DNA of 64,000 nt from Gemmatimonadales bacterium. GTDB lineage: Bacteria; Gemmatimonadota; Gemmatimonadetes; Gemmatimonadales; GWC2-71-9. Positions 29,080-37,488 of the stretch are shown here, one piece after another. The DNA lies in the NCBI GenBank assembly GCA_965249575.1, contig OZ252244.1, positions 3,136,001 to 3,200,000 on the forward strand, given 5' to 3'. Positions within the stretch are counted from its first letter, which is position 1, and the number at the start of each line of letters is the position of its first letter. The notes under the pieces were generated by a model. It was not told the DNA's origin. It saw nothing but the letters and a program-made list of their open reading frames with translations, and ran no database searches. A program made the translations under genes and the position numbers.

Positions 29080-29921
29080 CGGCCGCGCGGGCCGACCTCC
29101 ATCTCCACACGAGCGCCTCCGATGGCGACGCGTCGCCCACCGAGTTGGTGGAGCACGCGGTCGCCGCGCGCGTGGACGTCATCGCGGTCACGGACCACGA
29201 CACGCTTGCCGGTACGAGCGAGGCGTTCGAGGTCGGGGCCAGTCTCGGCGTACGCGTCATTCCGGGGTGTGAGTTCAGCGTGGCAGGACCTGGAGGCGAG
29301 CTGCACCTACTCGGGTACTTCCTCTCAGCGGAGGCCGCCGAGCTCGAAGCCTTTCTGGATCGTCAGCGATCGGACCGCCACCGCCGCGCCTCCGAGATCG
29401 TCAGCCGCTTGCGGGGTCTAGGGGTGGGGATCACGTACGACGACGTGCTGGCAGTAGGGGTCGGCGACGCGATCGGGCGACCACACGTCGCGCGAGCGCT
29501 CGTGGCACGCGGGGCGGTCTCGGGCATTCAGGAGGCGTTCGACCGCTACCTCGCCCATGGACGCGCGGCGTTCGTGCCCAAGCGTCTGCCGAGCCTCGAA
29601 TCGGTCACCGCATTGGTCCGGGACCGTGGTGGAGTCACGTCGGCCGCACATCTCGGCAACCCCGGGCCGCCGATGCTCGATCGGCTCAAGCGCGCGGGGG
29701 TCGATGGGGTGGAGGTCGTTCACCCCTCGCACGACGCCGCGACGACGGGACGGCTTGCGAAGCGCGCTGATGCGCTCGGGTTGCTCAAGACGGGGGGGTC
29801 AGACTGGCATGGGGTCGGGGGGCGTTCCGAGCTGGGATCGCACACGGTGCCCTACGGCTGGGTCGACCAAATGGAGCGCAGGCGGCAGGAGCGCGTACGG
29901 GATCTCGGTGTCACGGGCTGA
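29076..29921 (+). CDS. PHP-domain phosphoesterase (YciV/TrpH-like)
   Basis: DLHLHTSASDG, VTDHDT, GRPHVA, AH, TGGSDWHG. Confidence 0.92.
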   Translation: MTAARADLHLHTSASDGDASPTELVEHAVAARVDVIAVTDHDTLAGTSEAFEVGASLGVRVIPGCEFSVAGPGGELHLLGYFLSAEAAELEAFLDRQRSDRHRRASEIVSRLRGLGVGITYDDVLAVGVGDAIGRPHVARALVARGAVSGIQEAFDRYLAHGRAAFVPKRLPSLESVTALVRDRGGVTSAAHLGNPGPPMLDRLKRAGVDGVEVVHPSHDAATTGRLAKRADALGLLKTGGSDWHGVGGRSELGSHTVPYGWVDQMERRRQERVRDLGVTG

Positions 29922-30015
29922 ACGTTGCTTGGCCGGGTCCGCCAGGCCGCCAGCGATGAGGTGGGCAGCCGAGAGACTCTGAGTCCAGGGGCGGCTTATC
30001 GACATTACGGAGCGG

Positions 30016-30729
30016 GTGATTCTCGTTACGGGCGGTGCGCGTCGCATTGGCCGCGCCCTCGCGGAAGGGCTGAGCCTGGATGGCGCCCGCATGGCCATCC
30101 ATTACCACGAGTCGGAACGTGGCGCGCGGGAGCTCGCCGACCGCCTGCTGGAACAGGGACCCGAGCGCGCCCAGACGTTCCGAGCCGACCTGCGTGACCC
30201 AGAAGAGGCGGGCCGCCTTCCGAAGCGGGTCGTCGAGGCGATGGGTCGGCTGGATGTCCTGATCAATTCCGCCGCGGTCATGCACGCACAGCCCTTCGGC
30301 CGGGTTACCCCTGATGCCTGGGATGCCGTGCTCGACCTCAACCTCCGCGCGAGTTTCTTTACTGCACAAGGAGCCTCGAGCGCGCTGCGCGCCGCCCGAG
30401 GCCGCATCGTGAATATCTCCGATGTCGCGGCCTTCGAACCCTGGCCGAACTACCTCCCGCATTGCGTTAGCAAGGCGGGGCTGGAGATGCTGACCAAGGG
30501 ACTCGCGCGTGTCCTGGCGCCAGAGGTGATGGTGAACGCCGTCGCTCCGGGGCCGGTGCTTCTCCCCGAGACGTGGGACCAGCAGGCCCGCGAACAGGCT
30601 GAGCGGTCGACTCCCCTCAAGCGGATCGGCCGGCCCGAGGATGTCCTCGCCGCAGTGCGTTTTCTGCTCGAGGCGGACTACACGACCGGGGCTACGATCG
30701 TGGTGGACGGCGGGAGGCTGGTACGGTGA
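30016..30729 (+). CDS. SDR oxidoreductase, pteridine reductase/FolM-like
   Basis: VTGGARRIG, AIHY, NISD, HCVSK, VNAVAPG; the true start may be ATC 29998. Confidence 0.87.
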   Translation: MILVTGGARRIGRALAEGLSLDGARMAIHYHESERGARELADRLLEQGPERAQTFRADLRDPEEAGRLPKRVVEAMGRLDVLINSAAVMHAQPFGRVTPDAWDAVLDLNLRASFFTAQGASSALRAARGRIVNISDVAAFEPWPNYLPHCVSKAGLEMLTKGLARVLAPEVMVNAVAPGPVLLPETWDQQAREQAERSTPLKRIGRPEDVLAAVRFLLEADYTTGATIVVDGGRLVR

Positions 30730-31109
30730 GCCCCAGGCGCGGCCGGACCTCGCCGGCGCAGGTTATCGATGCGGGGGCGCGGGGCATGGAGGCGCGTCGC
30801 GCCGTCGCGTTGTTCAACGGCGGCAGCTTCTGGGAGGCTCACGAGGCCATCGAAACGATTTGGAGGTCCGTGGCTGATGAGGGCGAGGCATTGGTACTCC
30901 AGGGTCTCATTCAAGCGGCCGCCGCGCTGCTCCACCGGGGGCGAGGGAACTCACATGGCGTTACGGTCGTTGGGAAGGCGGCGCTTGTGAAGTTGTCCGG
31001 CCGGCAGCATCCGGCCGTAGAGTTCGAAACCGAGGAGTTTTACCGCGGGTTAGAGCGGGCGCTCCGCGACGGTGGGCCACCTCCCACATTGAAACTGAGG
31101 GCGAAGTGA
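30726..31109 (+). CDS. DUF309-family protein
   Basis: LFNGGSFWEAHEAIETIW...QGLIQ motif. Confidence 0.85.
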   Translation: MSPRRGRTSPAQVIDAGARGMEARRAVALFNGGSFWEAHEAIETIWRSVADEGEALVLQGLIQAAAALLHRGRGNSHGVTVVGKAALVKLSGRQHPAVEFETEEFYRGLERALRDGGPPPTLKLRAK

Positions 31110-32077
31110 CGAGTCACGGCACGGGTGAACTCCGGTACGACCTGATCATCGTTGGCGGTGGTCCGGCGGGCCTCTGCGCAGCTATGTATGGTGGAAGGGG
31201 CATGCTCAAGACCCTGTTGATCGAGCGGGGGGCCCCCGGCGGCGAGCTGCTGAACACAGAGCTGATCGAAGATTACCCGGGTTTCGAAAGCATTCTCGGG
31301 CGGGATTTGGCCCAGAAGATGGCCGATCACGCCAAGAAGTTCGGCGCCGAGTTCGTGATGGATACCGTTGACGCCGTTACGAAACGAGCGGACGGTGACT
31401 TCGACGTCACAACGCAGCTGAGCAAGACATACACTGCTCCGGCCGTGATCGTGACGGCGGGGGGAACGCCCGACAAGCTCGGGGTGCCGGGTGAACTGGA
31501 GTTCGCCGGGAAGGGCGTTTCCTACTGCGCGGTGTGCGACGGCGCGTTTTTCAAGGGCGAGGTCCTCGCCGTTATCGGTGGCGGCGATGCCGCGGTCGAA
31601 GAGGCTGACTACCTCACGCGATATGCGGAAAAGGTCTATATCGTGCACCGAAGGGATCAGTTCCGGGCCTCGGCTCTTATCCAGGAACGGGCTTTCAAGA
31701 ACCCCAAGATCGAAGTGATCTGGAACAAGACGGTGGACGAGATCGCCGGTGAGCCATCCGGCGTGACGGGCTTGAAGCTCAAGGACACGGTGGGTGGGGA
31801 GCAGTCCGAGCTGGCGGTGGGAGGTGTGTTCATCTTCATAGGCTTCACGCCGAACACGGGAGTGATCCGCGGACACTTCGAGCACGACGACGCCGGGTAC
31901 GTCGTCACCGATTCCGAAATGATGACATCGATTCCCGGGCTATTCGCAGCCGGTGACCTTCGCGTCCAGTTGACGCGGCAGATCACGACCGCGGTCGGGG
32001 ACGCCACGACGGCGGTCATTGCGGTGGAAAAGTACCTGGCGGCGCGAAGGGAGACAGCTGACGTTGGCGGGTCCTGA
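31106..32077 (+). CDS. trxB: Thioredoxin-disulfide reductase
   Basis: GGGPAG, GVSYCAVCDG, GGGDAAVEEA, HRRD, FAAGD. Confidence 0.96.
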   Translation: MTSHGTGELRYDLIIVGGGPAGLCAAMYGGRGMLKTLLIERGAPGGELLNTELIEDYPGFESILGRDLAQKMADHAKKFGAEFVMDTVDAVTKRADGDFDVTTQLSKTYTAPAVIVTAGGTPDKLGVPGELEFAGKGVSYCAVCDGAFFKGEVLAVIGGGDAAVEEADYLTRYAEKVYIVHRRDQFRASALIQERAFKNPKIEVIWNKTVDEIAGEPSGVTGLKLKDTVGGEQSELAVGGVFIFIGFTPNTGVIRGHFEHDDAGYVVTDSEMMTSIPGLFAAGDLRVQLTRQITTAVGDATTAVIAVEKYLAARRETADVGGS

Positions 32078-32711
32078 GGTCATCTGCATTACGAACGGCG
32101 CATTCGCGGAGAATTGCTACGTCGTCGGCGATCGGGAAAGCGGCGAGGCGGTGCTCGTCGATCCCGGTGAGGAGTCCGACCTGTTTCTCCGCCGCCTTGA
32201 CTCGGAAGGTTTCACGCTGCAGGCCGTGTGGCTCACGCACGCGCATCTCGACCACATCCTGGGTGTCTCCACGGTCGTACGCGAGCGTAGCGTGGACGTC
32301 TGCTTGCACCCGGCCGACCGCTCGCTCTACGAAGGGATTGCGGAGCAGGGCCAGTGGTTCGGGTTGCTCATCGATGATGTTCCCCCAGCCACCAAGCCGC
32401 TGGCAGGCGGCGACCGGATGTCCGTCGGCGGGCTGACCTTTGACGTGCTGGAAGTCCCCGGCCACAGTCCCGGCAGCGTGGCTTTCGTCGGGCACGGCGT
32501 GGCGCTGGTGGGCGACGCGCTCTTCGCCGGGTCGATCGGCCGGGTCGACCTGCCCGGCGGGGATGCCGATCAGCTGCTGACCTCCATCAGAACCAAGCTG
32601 CTCACGCTTCCAGACAGCACGGTGGTCCACTCGGGGCACGGTCCGGAGACGACCATCGGTCAGGAGCGCGCGTCGAACCCGTTCCTGACGGGAGCGATGC
32701 GGGTTGTCTAG
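32064..32711 (+). CDS. MBL-fold metallohydrolase (GloC/YcbL-like)
   Basis: THAHLDH, PGHSPG, GDALFAGSIGRVD, GHGPETTIGQE. Confidence 0.92.
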   Translation: MAGPEVICITNGAFAENCYVVGDRESGEAVLVDPGEESDLFLRRLDSEGFTLQAVWLTHAHLDHILGVSTVVRERSVDVCLHPADRSLYEGIAEQGQWFGLLIDDVPPATKPLAGGDRMSVGGLTFDVLEVPGHSPGSVAFVGHGVALVGDALFAGSIGRVDLPGGDADQLLTSIRTKLLTLPDSTVVHSGHGPETTIGQERASNPFLTGAMRVV

Positions 32712-32910
32712 CGGCAACGCCAGTGAATGGGAACGCGGTTTGGTGCCCGATCACGCACCACAGGACCTGCGGTCGCCCGGGGTCACGGCGCCCGCGCCCG
32801 GGCCCACGTGTCTCCGGTGCGGGTTCGTCGTTTCCTCCCGCCCCTGGGGCTGCAAGAACCCCTGCGCCAACTGCGGGTTCATGTATCCGCTGGGGGACTG
32901 CTCGGACTGA
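32704..32910 (+). CDS. Small zinc-finger protein (CxxC...C...CxxC...DCSD)
   Basis: CLRCG, CKNPCANCG, YPLGDCSD*; start position uncertain. Confidence 0.7.
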   Translation: MSSGNASEWERGLVPDHAPQDLRSPGVTAPAPGPTCLRCGFVVSSRPWGCKNPCANCGFMYPLGDCSD

Positions 32911-32935
32911 GCCGCGCTAGGCCTCGCGTGGGGGA
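32785..32935 (+). repeat. Outer direct repeat, left copy (zinc-finger 3' end plus cupin 3' tip)
   Basis: Aligns with 36963-37112, e.g. TTCATGTATCCGCT(G/A)GGGGACTGCTCGGAC. Confidence 0.85.
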
Positions 32936-33130
32936 TTCTCGGCCACGCGATCGCATGGATGCTCACCGACGGTTGCGCGTTACGGCCAGTGTGACCGCCC
33001 CTCAACGTCCGCCGGCGACGCCCTCCACCTTACGTCCAATTCACCCGCCGTGTCGGTCACCCGCTGCGCATGCACGTTGAGGATGGCCAGCGCCGCAAAC
33101 ACGCCAGCCCTTTCTTTGTCGGGCGGCGGC

Positions 33131-33425
33131 TTAATCTTCCGGCGGATCCGGCGCCGAGAATGCATCGGCTAGGTCGGGGCCGATGAACGCATCGATCACC
33201 AGATGTTCCGAGCCCACGTTCTGAATCTCGAGATCCAGCGTGGCGCGCTCGCCCAGCGCGACCTCGCCGAACGCGAGCCGCTCGGCGGACAGCTCGATGT
33301 CCGGTCCGTCGGATACGTGATTGGCTGTGACGCGAGATTGGGGTCCGGAGGCCGTCGGTAGGCCGCGTTCGGCACAGGCGGTGGCGAAGGTGATCAGGGC
33401 GAGCACCAGTCCGACGGCCTTGGGG
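33131..33425 (-). pseudogene. Truncated lipoprotein/Ig-like (ASH or choice-of-anchor D-like) gene fragment A; inner direct repeat, left copy
   Basis: ITFATA-C lipobox, DIELS...LAFGEV...IQNVGS; no start codon at the homologous position; early stop. Confidence 0.65.
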
Positions 33426-33488
33426 GTAGCTGGGCGAATTATTTGTCCCTCCGCGGCTGCGCAGGATCGGTGCAATATCCGTACCCTC

Positions 33489-34985
33489 TCATGATTCACG
33501 TCGGCGCCGCACACCGCGGAGGGACAGGATCCCGAATCGATCTCTCATCTCGACCGCCCTTCCGTCGATGTCGGTCAATGATTGCGGCGCATCGAGCTTC
33601 CATGTCGCGGCGGACACGATCAACAGCACAATCAAACCGGTGGCTGCTGCCAGCAGCTCCGAAGGCAGTGCATTCTCAGCAAACGCGTGATTCCAGTATT
33701 CGAATGCAATCCAACTCACGAGACCGCCCACCATACTCGCGACGGCACCGGCCTCATTTGCTTTCCTCCAGTAGATGGCCGCGGTCATGGGCACGAACAA
33801 CCCCACCATCAGTATCGAAAAGGATTTCACCATCAGCTGATAAACATTCTGAAAATACAGTGCGGTAAACAGGCCTAGCACACCGACAATCACAACGGCC
33901 CTGCGAGTTGCCCGCAACACGGCGGATTCGTCCAGGCCTGCGATTAGTACCCGCAACACGTTTTGCGCGAATATGCTGGCAGGCGCCAGCATTCCACCGT
34001 CTGCGGAGCTCATCAATGCCGAGAACATTGCGCCGGCAAACAAGGCCATACCCAGCGGCGGTAAATACACTTTGCCCATTTCCGGCAGGACAAAGGCGGG
34101 ATCGGCAATGTCAGGCAACACCACAGTGCCCGCGATTCCGATGAGAACAGGAATCATAGCAATGGTTAGATACAGAACAGAGCTGATGTACATACTCCAT
34201 TGTGCGACGCGTTCGTCGCGCGAACTGAACACTCGCTGCAACAGGTCCTGCGAGGCGATGTTGCCGAGGCCGATCACGAGCAAGCCCTGCATGAACATGA
34301 TCCAGCCGTAGAATGACTGCTCGGGAGCCAATTGAAAGTGTTCCGCTGGCGCTTGCTGGGCCAATCCCTGCCATCCGCCGACATCGTCAAGGACCAGCGG
34401 GAATAGCACAAGCAGACCGGCGATGATGACGATGGCCTGGAAGAAGTCAGTCAACGACACCGCCCACATGCCACCTGAAAACGTGTAGCCAATCGTGAGC
34501 ACGGCACCGGCGACGATCGCAGTCTGAAAACCGAAACCCACGACCACGTTGAGGACCATGCCGAAGGCAACGAAGATCGAACCAACCCAGCCGATGTAGG
34601 CCGGAATGATGCTCAGTGCTGAAACGATCTCGGCAGTTCGGCCAAATCTCAAACGAAACAGATCTGGCAACGTCAGTAGTCTCAGCCGCCGCAGCACCCG
34701 AGCGTAGAAGATGCCGGCCAACAACAGACACAGCGCGGAGCCAAAGGGATTGGCGAGGACGCCGCGCAATCCACCAGTGTAGGCGGCGCCGGCGGCGCCA
34801 ATCAACGTGCCAGAGCCAAACCAGGTGGCGAAGACGGTAAAGACGCACAGGCCAAGCGGCAATTGCCTGCCCGCGACGATGAAATCGGCGCTATTCCGGA
34901 CACGGCGACTGGCCACAATGCTGACGTACAGCAAAACGATTACGTACCCGATCGCACCGATAGCGACCAGTGACGACGTCTGCAC
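33489..34985 (-). CDS. SSS symporter, high-affinity choline transporter (SLC5A7)/PutP-like subfamily
   Basis: FIVAGR, FATWFGSG, GGMWAVSLTD, LGNIASQDLLQRVFS, SALMSSADG; visibly more AT-rich than the flanks. Confidence 0.9.
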   Translation of the reverse strand: MQTSSLVAIGAIGYVIVLLYVSIVASRRVRNSADFIVAGRQLPLGLCVFTVFATWFGSGTLIGAAGAAYTGGLRGVLANPFGSALCLLLAGIFYARVLRRLRLLTLPDLFRLRFGRTAEIVSALSIIPAYIGWVGSIFVAFGMVLNVVVGFGFQTAIVAGAVLTIGYTFSGGMWAVSLTDFFQAIVIIAGLLVLFPLVLDDVGGWQGLAQQAPAEHFQLAPEQSFYGWIMFMQGLLVIGLGNIASQDLLQRVFSSRDERVAQWSMYISSVLYLTIAMIPVLIGIAGTVVLPDIADPAFVLPEMGKVYLPPLGMALFAGAMFSALMSSADGGMLAPASIFAQNVLRVLIAGLDESAVLRATRRAVVIVGVLGLFTALYFQNVYQLMVKSFSILMVGLFVPMTAAIYWRKANEAGAVASMVGGLVSWIAFEYWNHAFAENALPSELLAAATGLIVLLIVSAATWKLDAPQSLTDIDGRAVEMRDRFGILSLRGVRRRRES

Positions 34986-34988
34986 TGT

Positions 34989-35024
34989 TTAGTTTCTCCT
35001 CACCCGTAGACCGGTATCGCCCAT
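34989..35024 (-). CDS. Putative 11-aa leader ORF (MGDTGLRVRRN)
   Basis: Strong SD AAGGAGGT 7 nt upstream of ATG; stop 3 nt before the symporter GTG. Confidence 0.35.
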   Translation of the reverse strand: MGDTGLRVRRN

Positions 35025-35387
35025 TTCACCCACCTCCTTGGCTCGCCTCACCGAAGGGACATGACGGCACTTCGAGCGTGGAGCCAGTTTCCGAGCGCCC
35101 TGAGGCCCGACGCTCGTGTCGCGCGTGCCGGCGATCTCGACGCTGAAGGCGCAATCGCGAGTCTCCCATTGTTGGGCAGATCGTCTAAACCAATGTTTAT
35201 GTAGGGCCAGATCAAGCGACCACGATCCGGGTGTTCCACGAGACCGTCTTTGTGTGCCGGTCCATCCGGAAACGCAGATGCTCTTCGGTCCGGTTTGTGG
35301 AGCCGGCAAGGGGCGGTGGTAGCGGTTGATCCACAGACCATGTCAAGTTGGCTGATATGACTCTTCGTCTTTGTAAGGAGATGGGAC

Positions 35388-36134
35388 GTGAGCGAAGAAA
35401 GGGTTGTCCTGATAACCGGATCGGCCACTGGGCTCGGTGCCGAGTTGATTCGGAGTTTCGCAGCCAAGGACTTTTGCGTAGTAATCAACTACCTCATGGA
35501 CGGCGAGGCGGATTCTCTTTGTCACGAGATCCAAGCCAAATACGGTCAGGCAGTGGTGTTGAAGTACCAGGCCGACGTGGCTAATCGAGCAGAAGTCAGA
35601 GCAATGTACGGCAAGATCATCGCAACGTTTGGCCGGGTAGACGTACTGGTCAACTGTGCCGGAATCAACCGCGATGCTCCGTTTGCCGCGATTACGGACG
35701 ACACGTGGGATTCCGTTATAGCTGCTCATCTAAAAGGGCACTTCGTATGTGGACAGGAATACGTATTCCACAATCCGGATCGTGAAGGTGTGATAATCAA
35801 TGTTGGGGCGGCTGCAGGATCAACCGGTCGGCCAAACGGGGCGAACTTCTGCGCGGCGAAGGCCGGTGTGATCGTCCTCACCAAGTGTATGGCACTCGAG
35901 CTAGCACCGAGAATACGAGTGAATTGTCTCATACCGGGATCTGTTAGAACGCGTGAGGTTACAGAGCGCTATGCCCTTGAAACTGAAGAGGGTCTGGCGA
36001 AAGAGCTGGCAACGCTACCAATGGATAGATTGGGAGAAGTCGAAGACGTTGCGCATATGGTCCATTGCATGGTCGATGCCAGGTTTACAACCGGCGCTAA
36101 CTTTTTCGTAAATGGCGGTCAGTACATGCAGTAG
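35388..36134 (+). CDS. Atypical SDR (FabG-like fold, catalytic Tyr replaced by Phe)
   Basis: TGSATGLG, ADV, VNCAG, NVGAAAG, NFCAAK, VNGG; AAGGAG RBS. Confidence 0.88.
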   Translation: MSEERVVLITGSATGLGAELIRSFAAKDFCVVINYLMDGEADSLCHEIQAKYGQAVVLKYQADVANRAEVRAMYGKIIATFGRVDVLVNCAGINRDAPFAAITDDTWDSVIAAHLKGHFVCGQEYVFHNPDREGVIINVGAAAGSTGRPNGANFCAAKAGVIVLTKCMALELAPRIRVNCLIPGSVRTREVTERYALETEEGLAKELATLPMDRLGEVEDVAHMVHCMVDARFTTGANFFVNGGQYMQ

Positions 36135-36252
36135 GCACAAACGAGTGTCGACGTACTCGTCCTGTCCGCAAGCACAGTCGTGTCATATGACTTTCGCGTG
36201 TGCCGTCGAATAGGCCGGATGCCATCCGAACATTGGAGATCAAGGACGGTTA

Positions 36253-36549
36253 ATGAGCACAACCCATGAAAAAACGACGGGCTCGAAGGAAAGCGTCACG
36301 GGCGTTTCAGTCTTTACCTCGATAGTTACGGCGACAGTGGTAGGTGTTGGTGTCGTTTCTTTCTGGCGAGGTGTTTGGTATCTGTGGGATGTATTTACGC
36401 TTGTTCGTCCTGAAGACAAACTGCTCAGCGCTTTGGCATCGACGGTCGTCGGGATCATAATATCGACTGTGATGAGGACGTTTCATTCGGTGCTCGCTCC
36501 GCCAATGGGTCGTGCCGATATCCGTTCGCGCCAGTACAAAAACCAATAG
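36253..36549 (+). CDS. Small two-TM membrane protein with a Fuseless-like WRGxW motif
   Basis: VVSFWRGVWYLWD...SVLAPP; AAGGA RBS. Confidence 0.7.
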   Translation: MSTTHEKTTGSKESVTGVSVFTSIVTATVVGVGVVSFWRGVWYLWDVFTLVRPEDKLLSALASTVVGIIISTVMRTFHSVLAPPMGRADIRSRQYKNQ

Positions 36550-36611
36550 TCACGTCTGTGACGGTTCGTTGTGAGGGTCGGTACCGATGTTGAAGTTCCA
36601 GTCTCGCGCCC

Positions 36612-36865
36612 ATCAGGGCCAATGAATGGGTCCATCGTCCCAGATCTTCCGAGCCCACGTTTTGGATCGCGACATCCTGGGTCGCGCTCTCGCCCGGTGC
36701 GACCTCGCCGAACACGAGCCGCTCGTCAGACAACTCGATGTCCGATCCTTCGGTTACGTGATTGGCTGTGACGCGGGGTTGGGGTCCGGAGGCCGTCGGT
36801 AGGCCGCGTTCGGCACAGGCGGTCGCGATCGTGCTCAGGACGAGGGCAAGACCGATGCGTTTCAT
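36612..36865 (-). pseudogene. Lipoprotein/Ig-like gene fragment B, frameshifted; inner direct repeat, right copy
   Basis: MKRIGLALVLSTIATA-C...; 45-bp identity with copy A (36779-36823 = 33338-33382); FIGPD homology resumes in another frame near 36640. Confidence 0.7.
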
Positions 36866-36962
36866 TTGTTCCGGCACTGCTCGAGGTCGTCGCAAGTTCT
36901 TGGCCAGCACAGTGGCGGCGGACCTAACGGATTGGCGGTCTCGGAACAGGGCGGTTTCTCGG

Positions 36963-37112
36963 ACGGCGCTGCCGCCCGGCCTATTTGTCTCGGAGCGGCT
37001 TTGTCGCTTCTCCCCAAGCACCACGGCTGTGAGAATCCCTGCACGAACTTTGGATTCATGTATCCGCTAGGGGACTGCTCGGACCGAACCCGCGCTATGC
37101 CCCGCGTGGGGA
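36963..37112 (+). repeat. Outer direct repeat, right copy (degenerate zinc-finger 3' end)
   Basis: Encodes GCENPCTNFGFMYPLGDCSD; stop changed to CGA; indels upstream. Confidence 0.85.
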
Positions 37113-37436
37113 TGGAGGTGGGGCCATCCCCACGAGCAGAACTGCGTCTTCCACGGCTTCGGCGATGCCATGAGGCACCCCCGCGTCGGCCCAGGCGAGA
37201 CCGCCAGGACCGAGCTCCCGCGTTTCGGTTCCAACCGTGATCCTCGCCTTTCCGCTCAGGACCAGGTAGAATTTGTCAGCGGCCTCGTGCTCGTGAATGC
37301 GCTGGGACTGCCCCCGGGAAAGGCAGTTGATCCCCACGAACAGGCGGTCGGACCGATAGCAGTCCGTTTTCTGCATCTTCTCCCGGCTGAACGTCGCCAG
37401 CGCGAGTAGATCCTTGAAATGACCATGCTCCTCCAT
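37095..37436 (-). CDS. Cupin-domain protein
   Basis: GQSQRIHEHEAADKFYLVLSG...GVPHG cupin motifs; GGAGG RBS. Confidence 0.88.
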   Translation of the reverse strand: MEEHGHFKDLLALATFSREKMQKTDCYRSDRLFVGINCLSRGQSQRIHEHEAADKFYLVLSGKARITVGTETRELGPGGLAWADAGVPHGIAEAVEDAVLLVGMAPPPSPRGA

Positions 37437-37488
37437 GGATGCCTCCTAGTTGCAGACCGATGGACCCATCAGTGAACGGATCAGTCAC

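Noticed and set aside
32951..32975. 9-bp match CATGGATGC to the cupin start region (37434-37442)
   Set aside because: Too short to support a collapsed second cupin copy
35025..35387. Riboswitch upstream of the island symporter
   Set aside because: No recognisable TPP, glycine, SAM or guanidine consensus by eye; an Rfam scan is needed
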